A program made the position numbers and the translations under genes. From the sequence record SRR22947725_211: 48,582 nt of DNA; one strand, given 5' to 3'. Below the pieces are notes generated by a model, which saw only the letters and a program-made list of their open reading frames with translations, made no database searches and was not told the origin of the DNA. This document shows positions 28,517-38,075 of the stretch, piece after piece; position 1 is the stretch's first letter; each line of letters starts with the position of its first letter.

Positions 28517-30310
28517 ATGTGTTTCAGTTCTTCATCCGTTCGCGCCTTACAAAGAAAAGTTTCTTTTCTGTTCCTGAGCCTTTTCTTTATCTTGATATTA
28601 GGCGTTGGCCCAATCATGGCCACCTCCCCCGGGGAAAAGAATTTTGACAAACCCGTGAGTTTGGCATGGGTGCCTGATGATCAGTCGCTGTGGGCTGTTA
28701 CCCATCATGGAAGCAATGTACTGCGACTGGATCCGGATTCGAAATCTGTTAAAGTTGTTTTTCAGAGCGAGGGACCGCTTTGCGACTTACATCTCATTCC
28801 CGGCACTTCCAGACTTATTGCGCTTCAATACAAGCCCGGGCGAGCCTTTCTTTTTGAAGGAGCCTCCTCCACCACAGCCCCAGACATTTCTACAGTGGAC
28901 CTTCCCGACCATGCCGTGGATATCACTAGTTCGCATCATGGAAAATACCTCTATGTTCTGCATCACTGGAATCACAGAGTTTCCATAATGGAACGAAGCG
29001 ATGCCGATGGGGCGCTTTCTTCAAGCCAATACAAATTGAAAAGTGAAGTGAAACTTCCGTTTGCTCCCTGGAATCAGATCATCTTGCCTGATTCAAAAAC
29101 ATGGGTCATCACTTCTGCTTTCGCCGGTAAAATGTGCATACTCAATCTCCAGACAGGTCGCATCCAAAAAACCCTCAAGAGCCCTGTTCACAACATCCGA
29201 GACCTTGCCTTGAGCCCGGATCAAAGTACCCTTTGGATGGCGCACCAGCTCCTACACCCCGATGCCACCACATTGCGCGGAGATATCCAGTGGGGATTCT
29301 TGATGGAAAACAAGGTCAGTGGATTTCCGGTGAACGATTTAGCCGTTCGCTTCACGCATCAAAATGCCGTCCAGCTCATGGGGCAATTGGAACGCCCCGG
29401 AAATGCTGCAGGAGATCCTGAAGCTGTTTTATGGACGGATCATGGAGAGCTTTTGGTCGCATTGGCGGGTGTCGGAGAAGTCGCAATCTTATACGAGGAT
29501 TCTACCACAAGCGCTCGTTTGGGTGTTGGGAGGCGTCCTTGCTCCATCGCTTACGACCCTGAACACAGGCGCGCTTTTGTTGCGAACAGCTTGTCCGACT
29601 CTGTTTCAATCATCCATCTTGCACCAAAACCCAGAACGACAGGAACCATCAGGTTGGGCCCTCGCAAAAAGATGAATCAGATTGCCAGAGGGGAGCGACT
29701 GTTTTATGACGCGCACCAGTCTTTTCACGGTTGGTTCAGTTGCCACAGTTGTCATACGGAGGGTCATGCAAATGGAAGGCTGAACGACAATGCCGCGGAT
29801 GGAGGTTTCGGAGCTCCAAAGAAAGTGCTCTCGCTTCTGGGCGTCGTCGATACTGCTCCGTGGAGCTGGCTGGGAGAGCGCAATGATCTCATGCATTCGA
29901 TTCACGAATCGATCGAAACAACCATGGGTGAAGTCAGCACACGAGAAAAGACTGAAGCCTTGCATGCCTTTATGAAAACACTCACTCCCGCCCCTGCACT
30001 GCGCAAGTCGCTCACCGAGTTAGAGCGAGCAAAGGGCATGACTATTTTCGAAAAACTGCGTTGTGATGAATGCCACTCCCCTCCGCATTTTACGGATCCC
30101 GAATCCTACGATGTAGGACTCACGGATGAAGTCGGCCATACACATTTCAATCCCCCGTCCCTGCTGGGGGTATCACAAAGAACACAATGGCTTCATGACG
30201 GCCGGGCCAAGTCCCTGCGGAGCGTCTTTGAAGAACATCGTCACATGATCAGGGAAGACCTCTCCGATCTGGATCTAAGAAACTTGCTACGGTTTTTGGA
30301 ATCACTGTAG
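28517..30310 (+). CDS. YVTN-type beta-propeller fused to di-heme cytochrome c (CCP/MauG-like)
   Basis: Propeller repeats (FVANSLSDSVSII), GERLFYDA, two CxxCH motifs (CHSCH, CDECH), DTAPWSW and PSLLGV...WLHDGRA; N-terminal hydrophobic signal. Confidence 0.88.
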   Translation: MCFSSSSVRALQRKVSFLFLSLFFILILGVGPIMATSPGEKNFDKPVSLAWVPDDQSLWAVTHHGSNVLRLDPDSKSVKVVFQSEGPLCDLHLIPGTSRLIALQYKPGRAFLFEGASSTTAPDISTVDLPDHAVDITSSHHGKYLYVLHHWNHRVSIMERSDADGALSSSQYKLKSEVKLPFAPWNQIILPDSKTWVITSAFAGKMCILNLQTGRIQKTLKSPVHNIRDLALSPDQSTLWMAHQLLHPDATTLRGDIQWGFLMENKVSGFPVNDLAVRFTHQNAVQLMGQLERPGNAAGDPEAVLWTDHGELLVALAGVGEVAILYEDSTTSARLGVGRRPCSIAYDPEHRRAFVANSLSDSVSIIHLAPKPRTTGTIRLGPRKKMNQIARGERLFYDAHQSFHGWFSCHSCHTEGHANGRLNDNAADGGFGAPKKVLSLLGVVDTAPWSWLGERNDLMHSIHESIETTMGEVSTREKTEALHAFMKTLTPAPALRKSLTELERAKGMTIFEKLRCDECHSPPHFTDPESYDVGLTDEVGHTHFNPPSLLGVSQRTQWLHDGRAKSLRSVFEEHRHMIREDLSDLDLRNLLRFLESL

Positions 30311-30580
30311 AGAATCAGAAAAACGATCAACTTTATGAAACCGGAGGGGCGAAACTGAAATTTGGATCCATGAGCCCCCCGGAGCCATGCAGGTTTATTG
30401 GAAATCTGGGACATGTTTAAATCAACGGATCTGATTTAACTGGGTCGGCGGACTCAAACAGATTGGACGCAGGGAAGTTGCTTTTTTTTTCAATTTCAAT
30501 TTATCTTAAGAGTCGTGCTGATCTTATTTCGCTTTTAAAAACTGGATCTTCGCTATTATTTGATATTTCAATATTTATTC

Positions 30581-30922
30581 ATGAAACAAAGACTGACCAT
30601 AACGTTTTTACTTTGCATGCTTTTTTCAGCAGTGGGTTGCAAGCGAGGAGCAAAACTTACCGTGATCAACGACTCCAAAGCAACGCTGGATAATGTCGTT
30701 GCCAGTGGTGAAGGGTTCACGGAATCTTTGGGATCGATACCGCACGGAGATCAACGTCATGCGACAATCCAGCCCGCGGGTGAGTCATCTCTGAAACTTG
30801 AATTCGATGTCGATGGCAAGCATTTCGCGAGTGAACCAAGTGGTTATTTCGAGGCAAGCCGACATTATAAAGTGACCGCAACAGTCAGGCCTGATTTCTC
30901 CGTTACGGTGAAAGACTTTTAG
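30581..30922 (+). CDS. Hypothetical lipoprotein (small beta-rich domain)
   Basis: MKQRLTITFLLCMLFSAVG|C lipobox followed by V.NDS...L..V and GYF. Confidence 0.7.
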   Translation: MKQRLTITFLLCMLFSAVGCKRGAKLTVINDSKATLDNVVASGEGFTESLGSIPHGDQRHATIQPAGESSLKLEFDVDGKHFASEPSGYFEASRHYKVTATVRPDFSVTVKDF

Positions 30923-31217
30923 TTCCACCTCCAATATTTTCATGCCAATATAATTCAATGGATCAGACTGATTAACCTCAACAAGAAGATCCTGGCAACT
31001 CTGAGTCATTCTTAGAACAAACAAAGTGATTTCAGCACTGCAAAATAACAATCATATCGTGTATCCATTTAACGCAAGTTTCTTTCGATTACGCGATATT
31101 GAATCTAAAAAGGTTCCTGGTGTTGTTGGATCCCTAATCCGTTGACCATGGATTGGTAGAAGTTTAACTTTTGATCTTGTCAGTCATCTAAAGAAAGTTT
31201 TCAAAAGTCTGAACCCC

Positions 31218-31697
31218 ATGTTTTCTATGAATCATTCATCAATGAAGAAAGCCCTGCATTGGACCCTGACCGGATGGATTATCGCACTGGGCACAGGATG
31301 CTCAGGATTTCATCGCGCCTGGAGACAGGAGGCAACAACAAATCCAAGCTATCCGCCATCCATGATTGAAGGGGCATGGGAAGGTGAATGGATCAGTGAT
31401 TCCAACGGACATCACGGGCGGCTTCGCTGTCTTCTCAGTGAAAACGAAGAGGGCACTTATACGACCTGGTATCATGCGAAATATCTGAAATTTCTGGGCT
31501 TTGCATATGCCGTCGAAGTGAATTCCAACCCAACCGACAAAGGGTATTCATTGAGTGGAGAAGCCGATTTGGGGAAACTTGCAGGTGGCGTGTATCATTA
31601 CGAGGGAACGATTTTCGACGGACATTTCAAGGCCACCTATGAATCAAAATATGACAATGGCACATTCAGGATGGCTCGTCCCCTGACAAACCCTTGA
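31218..31697 (+). CDS. Hypothetical lipoprotein (beta-barrel-like)
   Basis: LGTG|C lipobox; GAWEGEWIS, GRLRC, GEADLGKLAGGVYHYEG and YDNGTF. Confidence 0.75.
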   Translation: MFSMNHSSMKKALHWTLTGWIIALGTGCSGFHRAWRQEATTNPSYPPSMIEGAWEGEWISDSNGHHGRLRCLLSENEEGTYTTWYHAKYLKFLGFAYAVEVNSNPTDKGYSLSGEADLGKLAGGVYHYEGTIFDGHFKATYESKYDNGTFRMARPLTNP

Positions 31698-31994
31698 CTC
31701 GCAAAACGAAACATCCATACCGAAGACATGTTCTCGCAGGAATGGAAACATCTTTTGATTGAAGGAACGAGGCATTGCTCGGGGCAGATCCAAGGTTCAC
31801 AATCGATGTCAATGGGAGGGGCGGGAAATCAATCGATTGCTTTGCATGATCATATCAGACTTCCATCAAGACAATAGAAGCCATGTCTGCATGAAGGATC
31901 ATTTGATTCACATCTCTCGCCGACGCTGATAACGATTCATTGAATGCTCCGTTTATTGACTGTTCATTGATCCATCAACTGATAATGTTTCTTG

Positions 31995-32714
31995 ATGAAA
32001 TCCAGATCCTCACCTTCGATGAGTGGATTCACGCTGATCGAATTGCTCGTTGTAATAGCGATCATTGCCATCCTTGCAGGCATGCTTTTGCCCGCCCTGT
32101 CCAATGCGAAAAAACAGGCTCACAAGGCAAGCTGCGCCAGTAATCAGCACCAGATCTCACTCGCCTACATGATGTATGTGGACGACAACGACGATTGGTA
32201 TCCACTTTCCCCGGGCATTGCATCGGTTGGAGGCATCACCGGCACGAATCGCGGCAACAACGTGGTCAGGGGAGATATTCCGGCGGAGGAGCGTCCGCTC
32301 AACCCTTATGCAACCACTCAGGTTTTCCGCTGTCCTGCTGACAAAGGTGATTCGTTACAGAAAGTTAACAACGTCTTCTTTTCACTTGGGAACAGTTATC
32401 GGGGTGCCTGGTGGAATGCCTTTCGTGTCAAACGTGTACTGGGACTTTCTTCCTATAAGAAAGGTGATCCAGAAGCCACCCCCATTAAAGGAAGTGAAGT
32501 GGCCCTCAAACCGACCACCAAAATTATCCAGGGGGATTGGCATTGGCACGGGAACAGAGGTGTCACCGATAAACGAAGTATCTGGCACAATTTCAAAGGT
32601 CAGACTCGTTACAACATGACCTTCGCTGACGGACATGTGGAAATCGTCCATTGGCCGGAAGAATTCCTCGACTGGGTTCATGTCAAACCCGATATCGATT
32701 GGGAGTGGTGGTAA
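31995..32714 (+). CDS. Prepilin-type N-terminal cleavage/methylation protein with C-terminal H-X9-DG-like motif (PVC family)
   Basis: [37 protein letters not shown] and WH...NMTFADGH. Confidence 0.9.
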   Translation: MKSRSSPSMSGFTLIELLVVIAIIAILAGMLLPALSNAKKQAHKASCASNQHQISLAYMMYVDDNDDWYPLSPGIASVGGITGTNRGNNVVRGDIPAEERPLNPYATTQVFRCPADKGDSLQKVNNVFFSLGNSYRGAWWNAFRVKRVLGLSSYKKGDPEATPIKGSEVALKPTTKIIQGDWHWHGNRGVTDKRSIWHNFKGQTRYNMTFADGHVEIVHWPEEFLDWVHVKPDIDWEWW

Positions 32715-32752
32715 GCAAAGTAGCTCGGCTGGATGAAAGAATGGAACCTGCC

Positions 32753-33961
32753 TCAGGTTTTCACCATCAAATCCTGCAGCGATTTGGCGCAGAGTCGTGC
32801 GAACGCCGAGTCATTGATTTCTGCATCCATCTCGACAACTTTGATCTCTTTCCGCAAATGCATACGGATGGCATCGAATAGAGCTTGATCTGCATCAACA
32901 TCATGAAAAGAGTTACCCGCAGCGCTGATCACACTCAATGCTTTTAACGGAAGCAGCACCGTCACCGGCGCTGTGTAATCATTGATTTTTCCTGCGAGGA
33001 TACGTCCGAGTTCACGGCACTCTTCCGGGTTCGTGCGCATGAGAGTGACTTGCGGGTTATGGTGATAAAAACTCCTCTCAGCAAATTTCGCAGGTACGGT
33101 ATCCGGCTCACCAAAATTAACCATGTCCAAACACCCCGGGACGATAATCGTCGGCACGCCCGCTTTGCCTGCCGCTTCATGACGATGCGGTCCCGCCGCC
33201 AAAACACCGCCCACTAACTCATCTGCCCATTCGGTTGCAGTAATATCGAGCACTCCTGCAACCATCCCGCTTTCAATCAATGATTCCATGCAACGTCCCC
33301 CGATGCCAGTGGAATGAAAAACGAGCACCTCATAACCGCACTTTTCAAGTACTTGTTTGGCGGTTCCCACGCACTCGGTAGTATTACCGAACATGCTGGC
33401 GACGATGATCGGCTTGTCCTCGACTGAACTGATCTGAATATCCACCATGCCGCAAATAGCAGCTGCACCCTGCGAAAAAAGAGTTCTGGAAATTTTGTTC
33501 AAACCAGCAACATCCACAATGCTCGGCATCATCACAATATCCTTGGAACCAACGTAGTGAGCAGTATATCCACTGGCCAATGTGGATATCATCAACTTTG
33601 GAAAACCAACAGGCAGAGCTCGCATGGCAGCCGTTGCAATGGCAGTTCCTCCGCCACCCCCTAATGAAATGACCCCCTTGATGCGCCCTTCCTTTCGCAG
33701 TTGCTCCAGAAAAACCGGAGCTGCCTTCACCATGGCCGCAACACATTTACCTCGGTCTTTACTGGAGGAAATGGATGCCATATCCAGACCCGCAGCAGAA
33801 GCCACGACCTCTCGTTTGACGTCGTGATCAATACTGGTTGGAAATCCCGTACCAACATCAATCAGCAGGGCTTCATGCCCTCGACGCCTGATCTCATCCG
33901 CGATGAAAGTATGTTCAACTCCTTTGGTATCGAGAGTTCCAAGAACTGCAATGGTTGCCAT
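32753..33961 (-). CDS. Tm-1-like ATP-binding domain protein (UPF0261)
   Basis: LGTLDTKG.E, GGGGGT, LPVGFPK, DVAGLN, SMFGNTT, FHSTG.GG, DMVNFG and HNPQVTLMRT. Confidence 0.92.
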   Translation of the reverse strand: MATIAVLGTLDTKGVEHTFIADEIRRRGHEALLIDVGTGFPTSIDHDVKREVVASAAGLDMASISSSKDRGKCVAAMVKAAPVFLEQLRKEGRIKGVISLGGGGGTAIATAAMRALPVGFPKLMISTLASGYTAHYVGSKDIVMMPSIVDVAGLNKISRTLFSQGAAAICGMVDIQISSVEDKPIIVASMFGNTTECVGTAKQVLEKCGYEVLVFHSTGIGGRCMESLIESGMVAGVLDITATEWADELVGGVLAAGPHRHEAAGKAGVPTIIVPGCLDMVNFGEPDTVPAKFAERSFYHHNPQVTLMRTNPEECRELGRILAGKINDYTAPVTVLLPLKALSVISAAGNSFHDVDADQALFDAIRMHLRKEIKVVEMDAEINDSAFARLCAKSLQDLMVKT

Positions 33962-34007
33962 GATAAGTGGGATAGTCCGTTATTAGATCAGAACCTTATT
34001 CATTCAT

Positions 34008-34901
34008 TCAGTCTGATTCATCGAAATGAAAATTTTCAGCTGCAGGTGATTTCAATTCTTTGAATTTGCGCGTCAGTTGAGTCAATGACTCCTCTACCGC
34101 CATCCGCTCCAATGAGCTGGCCCCCACAAAACCAAGTACGTCGGTGTGCTGAAGCATCCTGTCAACATCGTCTGGGGTATTGATGGGACCACCGTGCGCC
34201 AGAAAGAGAACATCCTTGCGAACGGTGCGCACCGCTTGAATGATTTCTCGAGTTCGTTGAATGGCAAAATCCCAGTTCACAACTGCGCTTGAAACTCCAA
34301 TCGAACCACCAACGGTTGTCCCCACATGTACAATAATGGCATCGGCTCCAGCTTGAGCCATTTCGACCGCCTCCTCTGGTGTGGCCACATAGACGATGGA
34401 AAACAAATCCATCCGACGGGCGAGCGCCACCATTTCAAACTCTTTCTTCACACTCATGCCCGTTTCCTCGAGTACACCTCGAAATTGCCCATCGACAATA
34501 GTATGCGTCGGAAAATTATTCACCCCTGAGAAACCCATGTCTTTGACCTGAAGCAACCAGTGCCACATCCGACGACGTGGATCGGTAGCATGCACCCCGC
34601 AGATCACCGGCACCTCTTCCACCACAGGCAATACTTCAAACTCTCCAATCTCCATGGCCACCGCATTGGCATCCCCATAAGCCATGAGCCCACTGGTGGA
34701 ACCATGGCCCATCATGCGAAAGCGTCCGGAATTATAAATGATGATCAAATCACCCCCACCTCTCTCAATAAACTTGGCAGAGATCCCGGTCCCTGCACCA
34801 GCAGCAATGATGGCATTCCCTTCCTTGACGGTTTCATGAAGGCGTTCAATAACTTCCTTGCGTGTGTAAGGATTCCCCTTACCTGTCCATGGGTTTGGCA
34901 T
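34008..34901 (-). CDS. TIM-barrel signal transduction / PEP-hydrolase-like family protein
   Basis: AGAGTGISAK, DLIIIYNSGRFRM, YGDAN, GFSGVNNFPT, LEETGM, HGGPI and GASSLER. Confidence 0.92.
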   Translation of the reverse strand: MPNPWTGKGNPYTRKEVIERLHETVKEGNAIIAAGAGTGISAKFIERGGGDLIIIYNSGRFRMMGHGSTSGLMAYGDANAVAMEIGEFEVLPVVEEVPVICGVHATDPRRRMWHWLLQVKDMGFSGVNNFPTHTIVDGQFRGVLEETGMSVKKEFEMVALARRMDLFSIVYVATPEEAVEMAQAGADAIIVHVGTTVGGSIGVSSAVVNWDFAIQRTREIIQAVRTVRKDVLFLAHGGPINTPDDVDRMLQHTDVLGFVGASSLERMAVEESLTQLTRKFKELKSPAAENFHFDESD

Positions 34902-35190
34902 AATTCAAAAATAATGGAGCATGATTAAGTTTTCCTGACCGAAAATAAGGATAAAACACTTCGGATACTATACCCGATTTCGGCCAGCTTATTCTGGAAC
35001 CTTTTTAAGAGATCCATCATACGAAAAAAATTGGTCCAACGGTACGCATTTTCATGATGCAAAGAAGCTTGCTGCATAAAAGCTCAGCGGTGCACACATT
35101 GGAATCGGTTGCTACCTGCGTCCAACTATTCGAAGCTCCGTAAAGGATTGTTTGATCTGATTGCTGATATGAGCACTGTGGAGCCAACAG

Positions 35191-35964
35191 TCATGAAGAA
35201 AGCAAAAGCTTGACCACAAGTCCTGCAGCTGAAAAACCAAAGCCTCCTGTTACATGGGTCACGCTTCCATAACCCCCAGCACATCCCAGATGCCCTGGAC
35301 GATCCGATTTTAAATCAGCTTCACAATCATCCTCCAGATCTCTGGGATCTCGGGCAGGTTCAGGGGAGAAGACACAGGGTATGCCAAATGTCTTATCCCT
35401 TGGAAAGGCGTATTCGGTTCTCAGTTGCTTCCGTACTTTCTGAAGCAATCGATCATGATGCACTTGACTCAGGTCTGCAGTTACAATTTGAAAAGGATCC
35501 ATTCGCCCCCCGGCAGCGCCTGTGCTGACAATGGGTAAACCTGCTTGCTTTGCCATGTTCAACAAAAGACACTTGGCATTCAATCGATCAATGGCATCCA
35601 CCACTACGTCATAACGCTCATCAAATATTGCATTTGAAGTCGTTTGAGTAAAAAATACGGATTGAGGCTGCACGATGCAATCCGGTGAGATCAAACTGAT
35701 TCGCCGAGCCATGGATTCGACTTTCAACTGCCCCACTTCCCCATCCAAAGCGTGCACCTGCCGATTAACATTGGTCACGCAAACCTCATCCATATCCACC
35801 AGTGTTAACTTTCCTATTCCCGTGCGGGCAAGTGATTCCGCCGTCCAGGAACCTACACCACCAATCCCAATAATACATACGTGTGCATCCCGAATTTTCT
35901 GAGAACCGCGTTTTCCGTATAAACGTTCAATTCCCCCGAATCGTTGGTCCCACGTATTCATCAT
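35191..35964 (-). CDS. tcdA: tRNA threonylcarbamoyladenosine dehydratase (ThiF family)
   Basis: RFGGIERLYG, GIGGVGSW, DEVCVTNVNRQ, DAID, GAAGGRMDP, CVFSPE and C..GYGS..HVTG.FG. Confidence 0.9.
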   Translation of the reverse strand: MMNTWDQRFGGIERLYGKRGSQKIRDAHVCIIGIGGVGSWTAESLARTGIGKLTLVDMDEVCVTNVNRQVHALDGEVGQLKVESMARRISLISPDCIVQPQSVFFTQTTSNAIFDERYDVVVDAIDRLNAKCLLLNMAKQAGLPIVSTGAAGGRMDPFQIVTADLSQVHHDRLLQKVRKQLRTEYAFPRDKTFGIPCVFSPEPARDPRDLEDDCEADLKSDRPGHLGCAGGYGSVTHVTGGFGFSAAGLVVKLLLSS

Positions 35965-37331
35965 GTTGATTCCTTCTGCGGAGCATCTCTCAGTACTTGC
36001 GTTGAAGAAGTTAAGTCTTTCATTTCTGTCTCGGTATGGCGTGAAAGTTTGAGCATGCGTTCGCCGCTGGGACGAATAGATCTCTCATAACTACCGACTG
36101 CTTTGTTATAAGCTCCCGAAGCAGTATCAAGCCCGGTTCGTATCTTTTCCAAATGTTCAACAAAGACAGCAATACGTTTATAAAGTTCCTCAGCAGCTGA
36201 AGCGATAGCTTGAGCATTTTCTGTCTGAGCATGTTGTTTCCAACTCACACTGACTGATCTCAATAAGGCAATGAGTGAGGTCGGTGTCGCGATGAGGATT
36301 TTACGTTCTGCCGCCCAGACAATAAGATCTTGATCAGCCTCCAATGCAACACTGAACAACGATTCTACTGGTAAGAACAGCACGACATAATCCAATGCAT
36401 TGGGAAAGTGACCGGGGTAGTCTCGACCTGCTAATTCCCGAATGGTTAATTTTAATTTGGCAACATGATTTGAAAGCACTTCAGACCTTTTGGCTGGATC
36501 GGCTTCATTTATCTGATCCACAAATCCCAGGTCAGGTACCTTAGCGTCCACAACAATCACCCTGTCACCCGGCAATCGAACGATCATATCGGGTTTGGAT
36601 TCTCCCGATTGAACCTGTTCGTCAAAATCACAATGGGAGCTCATACCCGCTGCTTCGACGACCCGCCTCAGGGTCTCTTCACCCCATCGTCCACGCGCTT
36701 GATTGGAACTTAAAATACGTCTGAGCTGGAGTGTTTCCTGAGATAGGCTCTGACTATGATTTGTTAATATTTCTAGATGGTTTTTTATTTGCCCAAAAGT
36801 TTTAGAGCGATCTTGTTCGCTTTCCGTGAGTTGTTGTCGATAAACCTTCAACTGCTCCTCAAGTGGTTTGATCAAGCCAGCCACTGCCTCTTGTCGTTTG
36901 GACAAATCGCCTTTGGCCGTCTCCTGAAAGGTTGCAAAAGACTCTTTGGCCAGTTGGAGAAAGGCCGGATGTGTTTCTTTGAGAGCATTGGCGCTTAGCG
37001 CCTTGAAGGAGTCCTTTAAATCTTGAAGTGCCCTGGAATGTTCTTCTCTGAGGCGTTTAAAAGTTTGATCGTGCAATCGAGACTGATCCTCCTGAGCTTT
37101 CGAAACACTTTCCAGTCGAGCTTCTGAAATTGATCTGGCAGATTGCTGTGATTCAAGTTCTTTTCTAAGCGTCTTGATCTCCGTTTCCTTTTGATCCAGT
37201 TGACCACGCAACTCATCTTCGAGCCGAAGGGCTACTTGGTTCTGCCGGGAAGCCGTGAACCAGTAAGAAAGCAGCCAACCCACCAATACACCCCCGAGCA
37301 ACCCAAAGATTAAGTAGGTCCAAGGTAGCAT
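35961..37331 (-). CDS. rmuC: DNA recombination protein RmuC
   Basis: N-terminal TM and coiled coil, RGRWGE, PDMIVRLPG...DAK, LFLPVE and ATPTSLIALL. Confidence 0.92.
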   Translation of the reverse strand: MLPWTYLIFGLLGGVLVGWLLSYWFTASRQNQVALRLEDELRGQLDQKETEIKTLRKELESQQSARSISEARLESVSKAQEDQSRLHDQTFKRLREEHSRALQDLKDSFKALSANALKETHPAFLQLAKESFATFQETAKGDLSKRQEAVAGLIKPLEEQLKVYRQQLTESEQDRSKTFGQIKNHLEILTNHSQSLSQETLQLRRILSSNQARGRWGEETLRRVVEAAGMSSHCDFDEQVQSGESKPDMIVRLPGDRVIVVDAKVPDLGFVDQINEADPAKRSEVLSNHVAKLKLTIRELAGRDYPGHFPNALDYVVLFLPVESLFSVALEADQDLIVWAAERKILIATPTSLIALLRSVSVSWKQHAQTENAQAIASAAEELYKRIAVFVEHLEKIRTGLDTASGAYNKAVGSYERSIRPSGERMLKLSRHTETEMKDLTSSTQVLRDAPQKEST

Positions 37332-37334
37332 GGT

Positions 37335-37715
37335 TCAATAGTGTGCAATTGCTTCTATTTCAATCCGAGCGCCCATGGGAAGCGCAGTGACCTGTACCGT
37401 TGATCTGGAGGGAAAGTTTTCGGAAAAGAAACCGGCATAGATTTCATTAACCTGAGCAAACTCTGAAAGATCCACCATGAAAATGGTTGTCTTGACGATG
37501 TGGCCTAAATCGAGACCTTCGCTCTCTAGAAGGATACGCAGATTTTCCAGCACACGCGTGGCTTGGATCGCAATATCATCGCTTACGATCTTGTTTGTCT
37601 CAGGGTCTAGAGGAATCTGTCCCGCCGTGAAAAGCAGATTTCCTATTCTTGTTCCGTGATTGTAGGGTCCAATGGCTTCTGGCGAGCCTTCGGGCGAAAA
37701 AGTCCTTTTTTCCAT
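37335..37715 (-). CDS. ridA: RidA (YjgF/YER057c/UK114) enamine/imine deaminase
   Basis: AIGPY, AGQIPLDP, VKTTIF, FPSRSTVQVTALP and IEIEAIA. Confidence 0.93.
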   Translation of the reverse strand: MEKRTFSPEGSPEAIGPYNHGTRIGNLLFTAGQIPLDPETNKIVSDDIAIQATRVLENLRILLESEGLDLGHIVKTTIFMVDLSEFAQVNEIYAGFFSENFPSRSTVQVTALPMGARIEIEAIAHY

Positions 37716-38011
37716 GGTAAGTTGATGATAAATGCTAATACCTGATCATGAAAACTCAAATTCAAGTTTTATGCTCTGCGTCTGCAATGGCTGGTAACAA
37801 ACCTGGGTTCGGTTCCATCTTAAAAAGTCAGGGTTAAACTGAAGTCATCAATCAGTCTAATTTGTTGCTCTATCCTTCGATAGGACACTTGTTGATGACG
37901 ATATTCAATAATGATTCGAATCATCCAACAACACATACCTAGTTAACAAGCATTCATATACTCGAACAAACTATGGATTGCCTCCTTTTCAAATATTCTG
38001 AGATACATAAC

Positions 38012-38041
38012 AAAAAAGGCCGGGCAAATAAATGCCCGGCC
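38012..38041 (-). terminator. Rho-independent terminator of the 986-aa surface protein gene
   Basis: Minus strand GGCCGGGCA-tttatt-TGCCCGGCC-TTTTTT: a perfect 9-bp stem plus U6, 35 nt after the stop. Confidence 0.92.
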
Positions 38042-38075
38042 GTGATTAAGATATAAGTGCTATTGAGAGTAATGC

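Noticed and set aside
30341-30382. GC-rich inverted repeat (ccggaggggc...gccccccgg) considered as a riboswitch or tRNA-Sec fragment
   Set aside because: No cloverleaf or recognisable riboswitch consensus and no U tract; at most a weak hairpin.
31026-31145. Short frame ending ...ASFFRLRDIESK..., reminiscent of the C-terminal domain end
   Set aside because: Too short, interrupted upstream by stops, and lacking the rest of the pattern.
31695-31877. Open frame of about 59 codons after the TGA of lipoprotein 31218-31697 (possible Sec readthrough)
   Set aside because: No redox motif or convincing hairpin follows the UGA, and the extension looks non-protein-like.
37911-37924. Perfect 14-bp palindrome ATGATTCGAATCAT upstream of ridA
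   Set aside because: A few palindromes of this length are expected by chance in 48 kb, and there is no second copy or other support.
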